Shown here piece by piece: positions 20,801-29,266 of a stretch of 52,105 nt of DNA (position 1 is the stretch's first letter; the number at the start of each line of letters is the position of its first letter). The stretch is taken from NCBI GenBank assembly GCA_903845345.1, contig CAIMXF010000018.1, positions 1 through 52,105 on the forward strand, in the 5' to 3' direction. The notes under the pieces were generated by a model. It was not told the origin of the DNA. It searched no databases and saw nothing but the letters and a program-made list of their open reading frames with translations. Both the position numbers and the translations under genes were made by a program. The DNA comes from an uncultured beta proteobacterium (GTDB lineage Bacteria > Pseudomonadota > Gammaproteobacteria > Burkholderiales > Burkholderiaceae_C).

Positions 20801-21008
20801 TGCCCATGGGCAGCCAGCGTCCGATGTTCGTGGAGGAGTGCAGTACCGAACCGCCGCTCGGCTCGAAGGTCAGCAGCGCACCCGACGCCTGGATCGACCC
20901 GGGGATGTGAATCGGCTCGCGATCGCAATTGTCCACGCTGACCTTGAAGAGCCGCGGGCCCGCGTCGAGGCCAGGTTCAGGCGCAGACGGACGTATCGAA
21001 TTCGGCAT
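17874..21008 (-). CDS. bphP: Bacteriophytochrome hybrid histidine kinase (PAS-GAF-PHY-PAS-HisKA-HATPase-REC)
   Basis: N-terminal bilin Cys in NCDREPIHIPGSIQ, GFDRVMVYRF, PASDIPAQAR, SPIHIQYL, LWGLIACHH, tongue WGGDP and PRSSF, H-box SHELRTPL, N/G boxes, REC YVEDD..LVDLNL..KP. Confidence 0.95.
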   Translation of the reverse strand: MPNSIRPSAPEPGLDAGPRLFKVSVDNCDREPIHIPGSIQASGALLTFEPSGGSVLHSSTNIGRWLPMGNLPAKGRALSEILGESAYERVCKALTGRAGGPVRHEVVDLPARPGEGQPLALEAIVHSHRGVCFLEIEPAAAEAFGDDWMQGLSDTVDALRSATGLQDLWQRMAQRVKRLTGFDRVMVYRFDEDHHGHVVADAREPDMDSLFDLHYPASDIPAQARELYVSNLVRYVADAGYVPVPVLPWIDTERLQPLDMSHATLRSVSPIHIQYLHNTGVASTLTLSLLVDGRLWGLIACHHRTPTALPIRLRRACYALSVTAGYMTGWFTSQARIAVSAEAAKAKALILEAFNQVQVPLCDVVEHCTTSLLQMVGASGGALWRGDAVLPFGQWPDGARGESVLRFVRHAFETSVSHQIDTEQAVLQPPLEAAELRGACGLIAIKFDGFASSGLVWLRPQHRSEVVWGGDPDKPVEVKLDAEGRTVLGPRSSFARWTTIVKGRSRPWTAVDREAVASLAILQQVLVVRESLAQISLSDRRFRSLVTLQSDAYWQTDLDGIVSTMSKPLPFDYPTTQGATLPGLFDGAGDCEGVAELRAALARGQRAFRALRVTVRRRGERTPLTFLLSGEPLRDIDGQGTGWHGTLTDITRDAQVAKAMQEKAAAELASLTKSKFLSQVSHELRTPLNAVLGFSQLVLTDPTTPLLQRTQIQHAYDAAQWLLTMITDLLDLSRIETGNLAVTMTAVDVGALLDEVKTMLAADAAKMAVEIELPGKESKVWVHADRARLYQVLVNLLSNAIKYNRRGGQARVLIREATAPDLVRITVEDSGAGLTEQQIEHLFEPFNRLGREGQSVSGSGIGLVITRHLVELIGGRIEVESRPGAGSRFSVDLRRADVGEAATPPVQAGAATLASQGELVLYVEDDPVNEMLMRAIVEGRLGRRYASATTAEEGLLLARKLRPAVLLVDLNLAGHDGVWLAEQVQGDPQLRGICLIAATADATSQTRARLLASGFSDCWIKPIDIKTVDSGLLLYAPNPPGQVV

Positions 21009-21278
21009 GGGGTCCTTCCGAGAAGTGCGCGTTGAAGGCGCGGAAGGCCGTCAGAGCACCTGCGGCGACATCGGGCCGGAGGGCCGGGTCGACTTGCTCG
21101 GGAAGCTCGAGGGCTTTATTGCATCGCTCGCCGGTCGGGTCGCCGTCGCCCCGGATGAAACGATAGGCAGGCCCGTTGGCAGGGTGCGTGACTGGCGCAG
21201 AGCGAACGCTGTGGCGAATGCCGGGAGTCGCGCCTTCTTGACGAACCGGGGCGGCGACCCGCTCCGGGGCTGGCCCGC

Positions 21279-21396
21279 GCATCGAATCGGCCGATACGAC
21301 GATCTCGAACGAATCCGGTTCGATCACGGCGTGACCTTGGTTTGCATGAACGCTTATCCGCGCAATGCAGTCCGATGTCTGTAGGGAAGTACAGAC
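21279..21396 (-). repeat. Copy A of a 118-bp duplicated promoter/leader element (upstream of bphP)
   Basis: Ungapped match to 44411-44528 (92/118 identical by hand count; identical 34-bp core at 21310-21343). Includes the dyad GTCTGTA-N6-TACAGAC. Confidence 0.9.
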
Positions 21397-21867
21397 GCGG
21401 GCCGCTGACCGGCATCCATTCCCCGGGGGGCGCAGATCCATGCCGCACGCGGTCGGCCGGCGTGCGAGGGCAAGCTCGCCAAGGAGGCTCCCGCCATCAA
21501 CCGTGTCCTTGCTTGTCGAAGCCACCGTCACCCTGCTGCTCGGCGGGCAGGGCCGCAGGCTGCACCGACCCGAGCTTGCACGCTGCATCTGCGACCGAGG
21601 CAGCCACACTTTGCCGGTCAAGGCGCCGACCTGTTGCATTTGCGCGGACAGCGCAGCCGGACGCCCAGATCAATGGCGTCGTCGCCTCGGGGTATCCGCC
21701 ACGGCGGCGATCTACTGTCGAGCAGGTCGGACGCCACGGTCCTGCGATGTTCCCCGACCGTCGAATCCACCCCAAGAGGCAATGCACGTTTTTCCCAGGT
21801 ATGGACTATTGCTGCCAGCCGACAAACGTGAAGAAAATCACCGGCCTTGCCTCCGAAATCGTCATCG

Positions 21868-22440
21868 ATGCCCGCCTTGGCGCCCCCCGCGATCCCTTGC
21901 CCGCGCTGGCTGGCCGGCCTGGCCGTGGCGGCAGCGGTCACGACGATGGCGCATGCCCAGCCCCCCGCCGCTGCCGAGGAAGCCGTCGAAGCGGCTTACC
22001 TGCACAAGTTTCCAGGCTTCGTCGACTGGCCTGCCGAGGCTTTCAAGACGAGCAGTTCGCCCATCGTCATCGGGCTGGCAGGTGCGCCCAAGGTCTTCGA
22101 CGAGCTGACCCGGATCGCGCGGGGGCGGCTGGTGCTGGGCCGTCCCGTCGAGGCGCGCGTGGTCAACACGGACAGCCTGCCTGCGGACATGCAGGTACTG
22201 TTCATCGGCAGGTCGGCCGCCGGCGACGCCGCGCGACTCATCGACGATGCGCGCCGTGCCCACATGCTCGTGGTGACCGACATCTCCGACGGATTGAAGG
22301 CGGGGGCCATCCTCGACTTCGTGGAGATCGACGGCCGCCTTCGCTTCGAAGCCTCGCTGCCCGCCGCCCATCGGGCCGACATCCGGTTGAGCTCCAAGCT
22401 CCTCAGCGTCGCGGCGAAGGTCGTGGAGGAGACGCCATGA
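21868..22440 (+). CDS. YfiR/HmsC (DUF4154) family periplasmic protein
   Basis: Signal peptide then AVEAAYLHKFPGFVDWP, VLFIG, RLRFEASL, IRLSSKLLSVA. Confidence 0.85.
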   Translation: MPALAPPAIPCPRWLAGLAVAAAVTTMAHAQPPAAAEEAVEAAYLHKFPGFVDWPAEAFKTSSSPIVIGLAGAPKVFDELTRIARGRLVLGRPVEARVVNTDSLPADMQVLFIGRSAAGDAARLIDDARRAHMLVVTDISDGLKAGAILDFVEIDGRLRFEASLPAAHRADIRLSSKLLSVAAKVVEETP

Positions 22441-24335
22441 GATCCGCCACGCTTCGCTCGCAGCTGACCCGGGCGTTCATGCTGACCGCGCTGATCGCGC
22501 TGGCCCTGAATGCCTGCCTGATCGTCGCCTACGAATTCGATCGCTACCGCGACCAGGCGGTCGACGAGTTGCACACGCAGGAGATCATCCTGGCCAAGGC
22601 GCTCGTGCCGTCCCTCGTCTTCAACGACCCGGACGCCGCGGCGCAACAGCTGTCGTCGCTCGCGGAGCGGCGCGACATCCGCATCGCGGAAGTCTTCAGC
22701 GCCAACGGGCGTCCCTTCGCCCGGTATCACGCCGATCCGCAGGGCACGGGCGAGTTGCCCGCGCAGAATCCGCTGCCGAGTCTCGGAAGCCGATTCTCGG
22801 GCGACGATCTCGAACTCGCCTACGACGTCTACCACGACGGCGAACGCGTCGGCACCTTGTACCTGCGCGCCCATCACGACGTGCTGCGTCGCATCGGCAG
22901 CTACGCCGCGATCCAGGCGCTGGTGATGGCGGCGTCGCTGGTGATTGCGTTGCTGGTGTTCAGCCGGGTCCAGGCTCGGATCACCGCGCCGATCGCGCGC
23001 GTGGCCCGGGTCGCGCAGGAGGTGATGCTCGAACGCGACTGGCGGCTTCGTGCGCCCGCTGCCGAGACGCGCGAGATCGCCGCGCTGGTGGAGGCGTTCA
23101 ACGGCATGTTGTCGGAGATGGAGGCCAACTCGGCAGAGCTCGGCCGGGAAGTCACCGAGCGCAAGCGGGCGGAGGAAAGCCTGCGCGGGGCCGACCGCCG
23201 CAAGGACGAATTCCTGGCGACGCTCGCGCACGAGATCCGCAATCCGCTCGCGCCGATGATGAACGCGCTGTCGCTGCTGCGCCGCGATGACATCCCGCCG
23301 GCCGCACGCGGCAAGGCGCTCGGGATCCTCGATCGCCAGCTGCGCCATGTCGTGCGCCTGATCGACGATCTGCTGGACGTCTCGCGCATCACCACGGGAA
23401 AGCTGTCGCTGCAGATGTCCCACGTCGACCTGCACCAGGTGCTGCGGTCCGCGCTCGAACTCATCGAGCCGACGGCGCGCGCCCGTCGATTGCAGCTCGA
23501 CGGCGCGATTGCCGACGCGCCCTGCTGGTTGATCGGCGATTCGGCCAGGCTGCTGCAGGTCTTCTCCAACCTGTTGAGCAACGCGTGCCGATACACGCCC
23601 GAAGGCGGACGCATCGACGTCAGGGCCGAGTGCGATGGCAACGAGGCGCGCGTCGATGTGCGAGATACGGGGGTTGGTATCGAGCCCGCCATGCAGGAAC
23701 GCGTGTTCGACTTGTTCGAACAGGGCGACAAGAGCCTGGAGCGCGGCAATACCGGGCTGGGGATCGGCCTGACCCTGGCACGCCAGCTCGTCCTGCTGCA
23801 TGGCGGATCGATCGGCGTTGCCAGCGACGGCATCGGACGCGGATCGACGTTCACGGTTCGCCTGCCCACCGCGGTGACGTCGGCGATCGCCGCGCCCGAA
23901 GCCGGGCCCGCGGCAGCGCCGGCGTCGCTGGCCGGGCTCGACGTCCTGGTCGCGGACGACAACCTCGATTTCGCCGCCAGCCTGCAGGTCGCGCTCGAGG
24001 CCGCAGGCATCCAGGTTCGCACCGTGGCCAACGGCCAGGCCGCGCTGTCGGCCGCACGATCGCGGCCGCCCGATGCCGCGATCCTGGATATCGGGATGCC
24101 GCAGCTCAACGGCTACGACCTGGCGCGCGCGCTGCGCGCGGACCCGTCGACCGCGGGGATCGTCCTGTTCGCGGTCAGCGGCTGGGGCCAGGCGAGCGAC
24201 AAGGACCAGGCGACCCAGGCCGGCTTCGATCGGCACTTCGTCAAGCCGATATCGCCGGAAGCCCTGCTCGAGGCGCTCGCCGGCGCGGTTGTCCCGGATA
24301 TCGCGAACCAGATTGGAGACGCCCATGACCAGTGA
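22437..24335 (+). CDS. Membrane hybrid histidine kinase (CHASE8-like-HAMP-HisKA-HATPase-REC)
   Basis: ATGA overlap with the YfiR gene; TM1, SLVFNDPDAA, TM2, HAMP, LAHEIRNPL, NLLSNACRYT, GLGIGL, REC VADDN..ILDIGMP..HFVKP. Confidence 0.92.
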   Translation: MRSATLRSQLTRAFMLTALIALALNACLIVAYEFDRYRDQAVDELHTQEIILAKALVPSLVFNDPDAAAQQLSSLAERRDIRIAEVFSANGRPFARYHADPQGTGELPAQNPLPSLGSRFSGDDLELAYDVYHDGERVGTLYLRAHHDVLRRIGSYAAIQALVMAASLVIALLVFSRVQARITAPIARVARVAQEVMLERDWRLRAPAAETREIAALVEAFNGMLSEMEANSAELGREVTERKRAEESLRGADRRKDEFLATLAHEIRNPLAPMMNALSLLRRDDIPPAARGKALGILDRQLRHVVRLIDDLLDVSRITTGKLSLQMSHVDLHQVLRSALELIEPTARARRLQLDGAIADAPCWLIGDSARLLQVFSNLLSNACRYTPEGGRIDVRAECDGNEARVDVRDTGVGIEPAMQERVFDLFEQGDKSLERGNTGLGIGLTLARQLVLLHGGSIGVASDGIGRGSTFTVRLPTAVTSAIAAPEAGPAAAPASLAGLDVLVADDNLDFAASLQVALEAAGIQVRTVANGQAALSAARSRPPDAAILDIGMPQLNGYDLARALRADPSTAGIVLFAVSGWGQASDKDQATQAGFDRHFVKPISPEALLEALAGAVVPDIANQIGDAHDQ

Positions 24336-24357
24336 ACGCGCGAGAAAGGACGCACGA

Positions 24358-26247
24358 ATGATTCGAACGATCCGCCAGGCTGCCGTTGCCGGCGCGGCCG
24401 CGCTCGGACTGGCCGGCACCGCGCTCGCGGCGGACGCCCCGGCCATGACTCAAGTCGCCGACATCGGCGATCTCAGCCTCGAGGAACTCGGCCGCATTCC
24501 CGTCACGTCGGTCACGGGGCGGCCCCAGCCGGTGCAGCAGGCAGCCGCGTCGATCTTCGTCATCACGGCCGAAGACATCCGGCGTTCCGCGGCCACCAGC
24601 CTGCCCGAGGCGCTGCGCCTGGCGCCCAACCTGCAGGTCGCGCGCATCAACGCCAACCAGTACGCGATCAGCGCGCGCGGATTCAACAATGCCATCGGCA
24701 ACAAGCTGCTGGTCATGATCGACGGCCGTACCGTGTATTCGCCGCTGTTCTCCGGCGTCTTCTGGGATGCGCAGCAGGTCATGCTCGAGGACGTCGAGCG
24801 CATCGAGGTCATCAGCGGCGCGGGGGCCACGCTGTGGGGCGCCAACGCGGTCAACGGCGTCATCAACGTCATCACGCGTGCCGCGCACGAGACGCAGGGC
24901 CTGCTCGTCGCGGGGCATGCGGGTGCCACGGGCAACGAGGCCTCGGTGCGCCTGGGCGACCGCTTCGACGGCGGCGCCTGGCGCGTCTACGCGACCCAGC
25001 TGGATCGCAGCCACACGACGCTACCGTCGGGCAAGGCGCTCGACGACCACCAGGACCGCCAGCAGGCGGGCTTCCGGTCGGACTGGCGCGGCGCCCTGGA
25101 CACGGTGACGATCCAGGGCGACCTGTACCAGGCCGGGGGCGACGGCAAGACGACCACGTCGGCCGACATGTCCGGTGCCAACCTGCTGGCGCGATGGCAC
25201 CGGGACCTGCCGGATGGCTCCAACTGGCAGCTGCAGGGCTGGTTCGACCAGGCGAGCCGGGACGAAGCCATCGAATTCCATGACCACACCCGCACTGTCG
25301 ACGTGCAGTTCGATCAGGTGCCTGCACTCGGCAAGGATCACCAGCTCATCTGGGGCCTGGGTTACCGCCATGCGATCGACGAGACGGATCCCACGCCGCT
25401 CGTCGCGTTCGTGCCCGCGGCGCGCGAACTCAGCTGGGGCAACATCTTCGTGCAGGAGGAGTATCGGGCGAGCGAGCGACTGCGCCTGACGGGCGGCGCC
25501 AAGGTGGAGACGAACGTCTACACGGGCGCCGAGTTCCTGCCGACCCTGCGGGCGACCTATGACCTGGGAGGCCTCGGGTCGCTCTGGGGTTCCGCTTCGC
25601 GCGCGGTACGTGCCCCCGCCAGGTTGGACCGCGACTTCTATTTCCCGGCCAGGCCGCCCTACATCATCGAAGGCGGCCCGAGCTTCCAGTCCGAAGTCGC
25701 CAACGTCTTCGAACTGGGCCTGCGCGGCCAGCAGGCGTCCGGCATCAATTACTCCGTGACGGCCTTCCACGACGAGTACCAGAAGCTGCGGGCCGGAAAG
25801 GCGGCGCCGACCACCATCGACAATCTGGCGTGGGGCGGCGTCTCGGGCGTGGAGGCGTGGGCCAACGCCGACCTGGCACGCGACTGGCGTGTTTCCGTCG
25901 GCTGGATGGCGCTGCGCGAATCGCTGAACGCGTCGCCGCTTGCCGGCGCCAACTCGGTGGCCAACCTCGGCGACGATCCTCGACAGCAATGGTCGCTCCG
26001 ATCGACATCGCGGCTGGCGCGAACGGTCGACTTCGACGTGACGGTCCGGCACGTCGCGTCGCTGCCGGCGCCGGCCGTCCCGGCGTATACCGTGGCCGAC
26101 CTGCGTCTTGCCTGGCGATGGCTGCCGGGCCTGAACGTGAGCGTCCTGGCCCAGGAACTGGGGCGACGGCATGTCGAGTTCGATCCGTCGAGCTCGGCTC
26201 GGTTCGGGCCGACGGTCTTCATCAAACTGGAGTGGCGCACCAACTGA
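24358..26247 (+). CDS. TonB-dependent receptor
   Basis: Signal peptide, DLSLEELGRIPVTSV, plug DVERIEVISGAGATLWGANAVNG, end FIKLEWRTN. Start 24358 follows AAGGA; 24325 is an alternative. Confidence 0.9.
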   Translation: MIRTIRQAAVAGAAALGLAGTALAADAPAMTQVADIGDLSLEELGRIPVTSVTGRPQPVQQAAASIFVITAEDIRRSAATSLPEALRLAPNLQVARINANQYAISARGFNNAIGNKLLVMIDGRTVYSPLFSGVFWDAQQVMLEDVERIEVISGAGATLWGANAVNGVINVITRAAHETQGLLVAGHAGATGNEASVRLGDRFDGGAWRVYATQLDRSHTTLPSGKALDDHQDRQQAGFRSDWRGALDTVTIQGDLYQAGGDGKTTTSADMSGANLLARWHRDLPDGSNWQLQGWFDQASRDEAIEFHDHTRTVDVQFDQVPALGKDHQLIWGLGYRHAIDETDPTPLVAFVPAARELSWGNIFVQEEYRASERLRLTGGAKVETNVYTGAEFLPTLRATYDLGGLGSLWGSASRAVRAPARLDRDFYFPARPPYIIEGGPSFQSEVANVFELGLRGQQASGINYSVTAFHDEYQKLRAGKAAPTTIDNLAWGGVSGVEAWANADLARDWRVSVGWMALRESLNASPLAGANSVANLGDDPRQQWSLRSTSRLARTVDFDVTVRHVASLPAPAVPAYTVADLRLAWRWLPGLNVSVLAQELGRRHVEFDPSSSARFGPTVFIKLEWRTN

Positions 26248-26502
26248 GATGCGGCTTGCGGTCTTGCCGAAGTCTCGACCGCCGGACACCTACCCGGTGC
26301 CTGGCCTTCCGGGTCGCGCAGGGATCGTCGAGCTGCGAGGCCTTCGAGTCGCATCCGCGTTCCTGGCCTGCGCGGGATGCATTCTCGACAGCTCCTCGGC
26401 GCGTGCAGGAACGAGCGTTGCTGCATCAGCCCACGAACTTCGGCGGTCGCCGAGGTCGGGGCCGCCGGCATGCGGCGCGTCCAACCCAAACCAGGAGCCA
26501 CC

Positions 26503-26790
26503 ATGATCGAGAACCAGCAACAGGATCAAGGCAGCAACGCATCGTCTGGCAACCCGTCCGGCGCGAACCAGCAGAACCAATCCGCACGGCAAGGCCAACA
26601 GGCCATGCCGGGCGGCGCCAATCCCTCGGGCGGCGGCCAGCCGGGCAGCCAGCAGGGCCGGTCGGGACGCAGCGACCCGTCGGGCGCAGGCCTCGACGAA
26701 GAAGACATCACGCAGTCGCCCCGCCGCGACGCCTCGTTGCAGCAAGGCGGCGACGACTCGAACCGCCGCAGCGGCCAGCAATCGCGCTGA
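26503..26790 (+). CDS. Small Gln/Gly/Ser-rich hydrophilic protein (probably disordered)
   Basis: AGGAG RBS before ATG 26503; 95 aa MIENQQQDQGSNASSGNPSG... with very few hydrophobic residues. Confidence 0.65.
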   Translation: MIENQQQDQGSNASSGNPSGANQQNQSARQGQQAMPGGANPSGGGQPGSQQGRSGRSDPSGAGLDEEDITQSPRRDASLQQGGDDSNRRSGQQSR

Positions 26791-26863
26791 GTCCTGCGCT
26801 CATCGCCCGCCGCGGTCGGCCAGGCCGTCCGCCCGCCTCCACCTTCAAGAATGGAATCCCGTC

Positions 26864-27412
26864 ATGACAATCATCGACAAGGTCGTCGCCGCCGTCACCC
26901 CCCTCGAATCGGAAGAGGAGCGACGCTCTGCACGTGCCACCGCCCGGCAAGCCGCCAACGACGCCCCCTGGCTCGCTCGCGTGCTCGACCATCATCAGCA
27001 GATCGAAGCGGCGTTCGCCGCGGTCAAGGACGCCGGTGACGCCAACGGTCGACGTCGCGCGCAGAAGTGGCTGGGGACACTGCTGACCGGCCACTCGGTC
27101 GCCGAGGAAGCCGTGCTGTACCCGGCGATGGCGCTCGGCGACCAGAAGGGCCACGCCACCGCGGCCTACACCGAGCAGAGCGGCGCGAAGATCAACCTGG
27201 CAGCGCTCGAGACGCTGGACCCGATGAGCCAGGAGTATCTGGACAAGCTCGAGCACGTGCGTGGCGCGGTCGCGCACCACGTGTACGAGGAGGAAAGCAA
27301 GTGGTTTCCGGCTCTGGCCTCCGAAGCGGATGCCGCATTGCAGATGCGGCTGAGCGCTCGCTACACCGAGGAGTTCGACCGCTACATGGGCGCGGACGCA
27401 GCCGGCCTCTGA
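26864..27412 (+). CDS. Hemerythrin-like (HHE) domain protein
   Basis: DHHQQIE, GHSVAEEAVLYPA and AHHVYEEESKWFP motifs. Confidence 0.85.
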   Translation: MTIIDKVVAAVTPLESEEERRSARATARQAANDAPWLARVLDHHQQIEAAFAAVKDAGDANGRRRAQKWLGTLLTGHSVAEEAVLYPAMALGDQKGHATAAYTEQSGAKINLAALETLDPMSQEYLDKLEHVRGAVAHHVYEEESKWFPALASEADAALQMRLSARYTEEFDRYMGADAAGL

Positions 27413-27509
27413 GCGCATCGAGGCGCCGCGCCCGGGCAGGTTTCCGGGCACGGGCTCGCCTCGCGATTCCGCAGTCGCAGACGACGCACGCACTCGTGCA
27501 TGGCTCGCT

Positions 27510-28553
27510 CTAGAAGAGTTCGATGCGCCGGGCCGGGACACCCGGTTCGGCCTCGACCGGGGCATCCGGGTTGCGGTGCAGCGCTTCCTGCGCCAGGTAG
27601 TCGACGGCCAGGGCGCCTGCGCGAACATCGATGTCGGAGGTTTCGCCGTCGCCCGAACGCAGGCGCAAGATCAGGTCGGACAGCACCGCATTGCGCACCT
27701 CCATCGCCGGTTGCACCCGGTCGATGACCTGCTTGATCACGTCCTGGGTCTGCGCCGTATCCAGCAGCAGGGCGAGACCCCGATCGAGTTCACCGTTGTG
27801 CCCTGCCACGGCGGTCATCAGCATGTCGTAGAACTGCCGCATGTCGACATAGCTTTCGTCGAGCTTGAGCGTCAGGCCGCCCAACCGTGCCGCTTCGGCT
27901 TCGTTGTGGCGGGTGCGCGCGTCGAACTCGACGCTGTAGCCGGACTCGACCGTCTTCACCAGCGAACCGATGTCGCGGCTGACCTTTTCCGCCGAGGCGT
28001 TCGCCTGCGTCGCGAGCCGACGCACTTCTCCCGCCAGCACGGCGAAGCCACGCCCCGCGTCCCCGGCGCGCGCCGCTTCGATGGCGGCGTTGATCGCCAG
28101 GATCTCGGTCTGGCGTGCGATGCCCCGGATCGTGTCCGTCATCTCGGTCAGGCCCTTGACTTCGGACAGCAGCGCCTTGAGCTGGTCGCGCTCCTGCGCG
28201 ATCTGCTCGGGTATCGTCTGAACGAAAGCGGCCAGTTCGCGGATGACGTGCCCGTTTCTCTCGATGCCCTGTTGCATCGCCTCACTCTGGACGCGTGCCT
28301 CGTCGAGGTAGCGCACCAGCCTGCCTGACAGCTGGTGCAGTGTCCCGGCGCGGTCGATGAAATCCAGCGCCGATCTCTCGGACAACCCGACCGCTCGCCC
28401 GAGCTGACTCATCATCTGCGCATCGAAAGCGCGCAGGCCGTCCATCGCAACGGCACCCGCGCGCCCGGAAGCCGTGCGTCCACGGACCAGGTTCAGAGCC
28501 CATCGGCGCAGCCTGGACAAGGGGGTCTTGCGTGAGAGATCTGGGGCAGTCAT
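27510..28553 (-). CDS. Short cytoplasmic chemoreceptor-like protein with CheZ-like C-terminal motif
   Basis: Tip [37 protein letters not shown], no clear TM, AQTQDVIKQVIDRV, C-terminus RRIELF. Start uncertain (28553 or downstream). Confidence 0.8.
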   Translation of the reverse strand: MTAPDLSRKTPLSRLRRWALNLVRGRTASGRAGAVAMDGLRAFDAQMMSQLGRAVGLSERSALDFIDRAGTLHQLSGRLVRYLDEARVQSEAMQQGIERNGHVIRELAAFVQTIPEQIAQERDQLKALLSEVKGLTEMTDTIRGIARQTEILAINAAIEAARAGDAGRGFAVLAGEVRRLATQANASAEKVSRDIGSLVKTVESGYSVEFDARTRHNEAEAARLGGLTLKLDESYVDMRQFYDMLMTAVAGHNGELDRGLALLLDTAQTQDVIKQVIDRVQPAMEVRNAVLSDLILRLRSGDGETSDIDVRAGALAVDYLAQEALHRNPDAPVEAEPGVPARRIELF

Positions 28554-28624
28554 GGCAAGGCAATCGACGAGGGGGAGCGGATGGCGCCTCGGGGCCGCCA
28601 GACGTGTTCGAATCGGTGAGCGAC

Positions 28625-28990
28625 TCAGGTGCCGGGAAGAAGCTGGCGAATCACCTTCACCAGGTCTGCCGCAGCCAGCGGCTTGACCATCCACCCGGTC
28701 GCGCCGAGCTTCTTGGCCTCGTCCCGCTTGGCCTGCTGGCTTTCGGTGGTGAGCGTCAGGATCGGGATGAAGCGCATCACCTTGCGGATGTTGCGGATCA
28801 GTTCGAGGCCGTCCATCTTCGGCATGTTGATGTCCGTGATGATCAGGTCGGGCTTCAGGCCCTTGGCGATACGCGCCATCGCCTGTTCGCCATCCGGCGC
28901 GGTCTCGACGCCGAAGCCCGCCATCTCGAGCGAGTTCTTCAGGCTCATGACCATCGTGGCGGAGTCGTCGACGACAAATATGGTTTTCAT
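28625..28990 (-). CDS. cheY: Single-domain response regulator CheY
   Basis: VVDDS, IITDINMPKMDG, LTTES, WMVKP; lies in the che operon. Confidence 0.92.
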   Translation of the reverse strand: MKTIFVVDDSATMVMSLKNSLEMAGFGVETAPDGEQAMARIAKGLKPDLIITDINMPKMDGLELIRNIRKVMRFIPILTLTTESQQAKRDEAKKLGATGWMVKPLAAADLVKVIRQLLPGT

Positions 28991-29038
28991 GGTTTTTCCC
29001 TGGGGTTCTTGGGTTCGAAAGGTTCGGTCGAATCCGAT

Positions 29039-29266
29039 TCAGGCGAGGCCCAGCACGGCGGCCAGCAACGGATCGACGGGTGCTGATCTGAACGTGGGGC
29101 GCAATGCCAGGAGAACCTGGAGCACCGCGCCGTGGACGTCCTCGCACTTGCCGAGATGGACGGCGGGCTCGCGTTGCTGCAACAGCCACTGCGCCAGCGC
29201 CTCGGCGTCGTCCACTGCGACGTGGCCCTCGAGCGCGGCGTGCTTCTTGAGGTAGCGGATCGTCAT
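29039..29266 (-). CDS. Small STAS-like chemotaxis-associated protein
   Basis: 75 aa MTIRYLKKHAALEGHVAVDDAEAL..VHLGKCEDVHGAVLQVLLA; start overlaps the cheA stop. Confidence 0.7.
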   Translation of the reverse strand: MTIRYLKKHAALEGHVAVDDAEALAQWLLQQREPAVHLGKCEDVHGAVLQVLLALRPTFRSAPVDPLLAAVLGLA

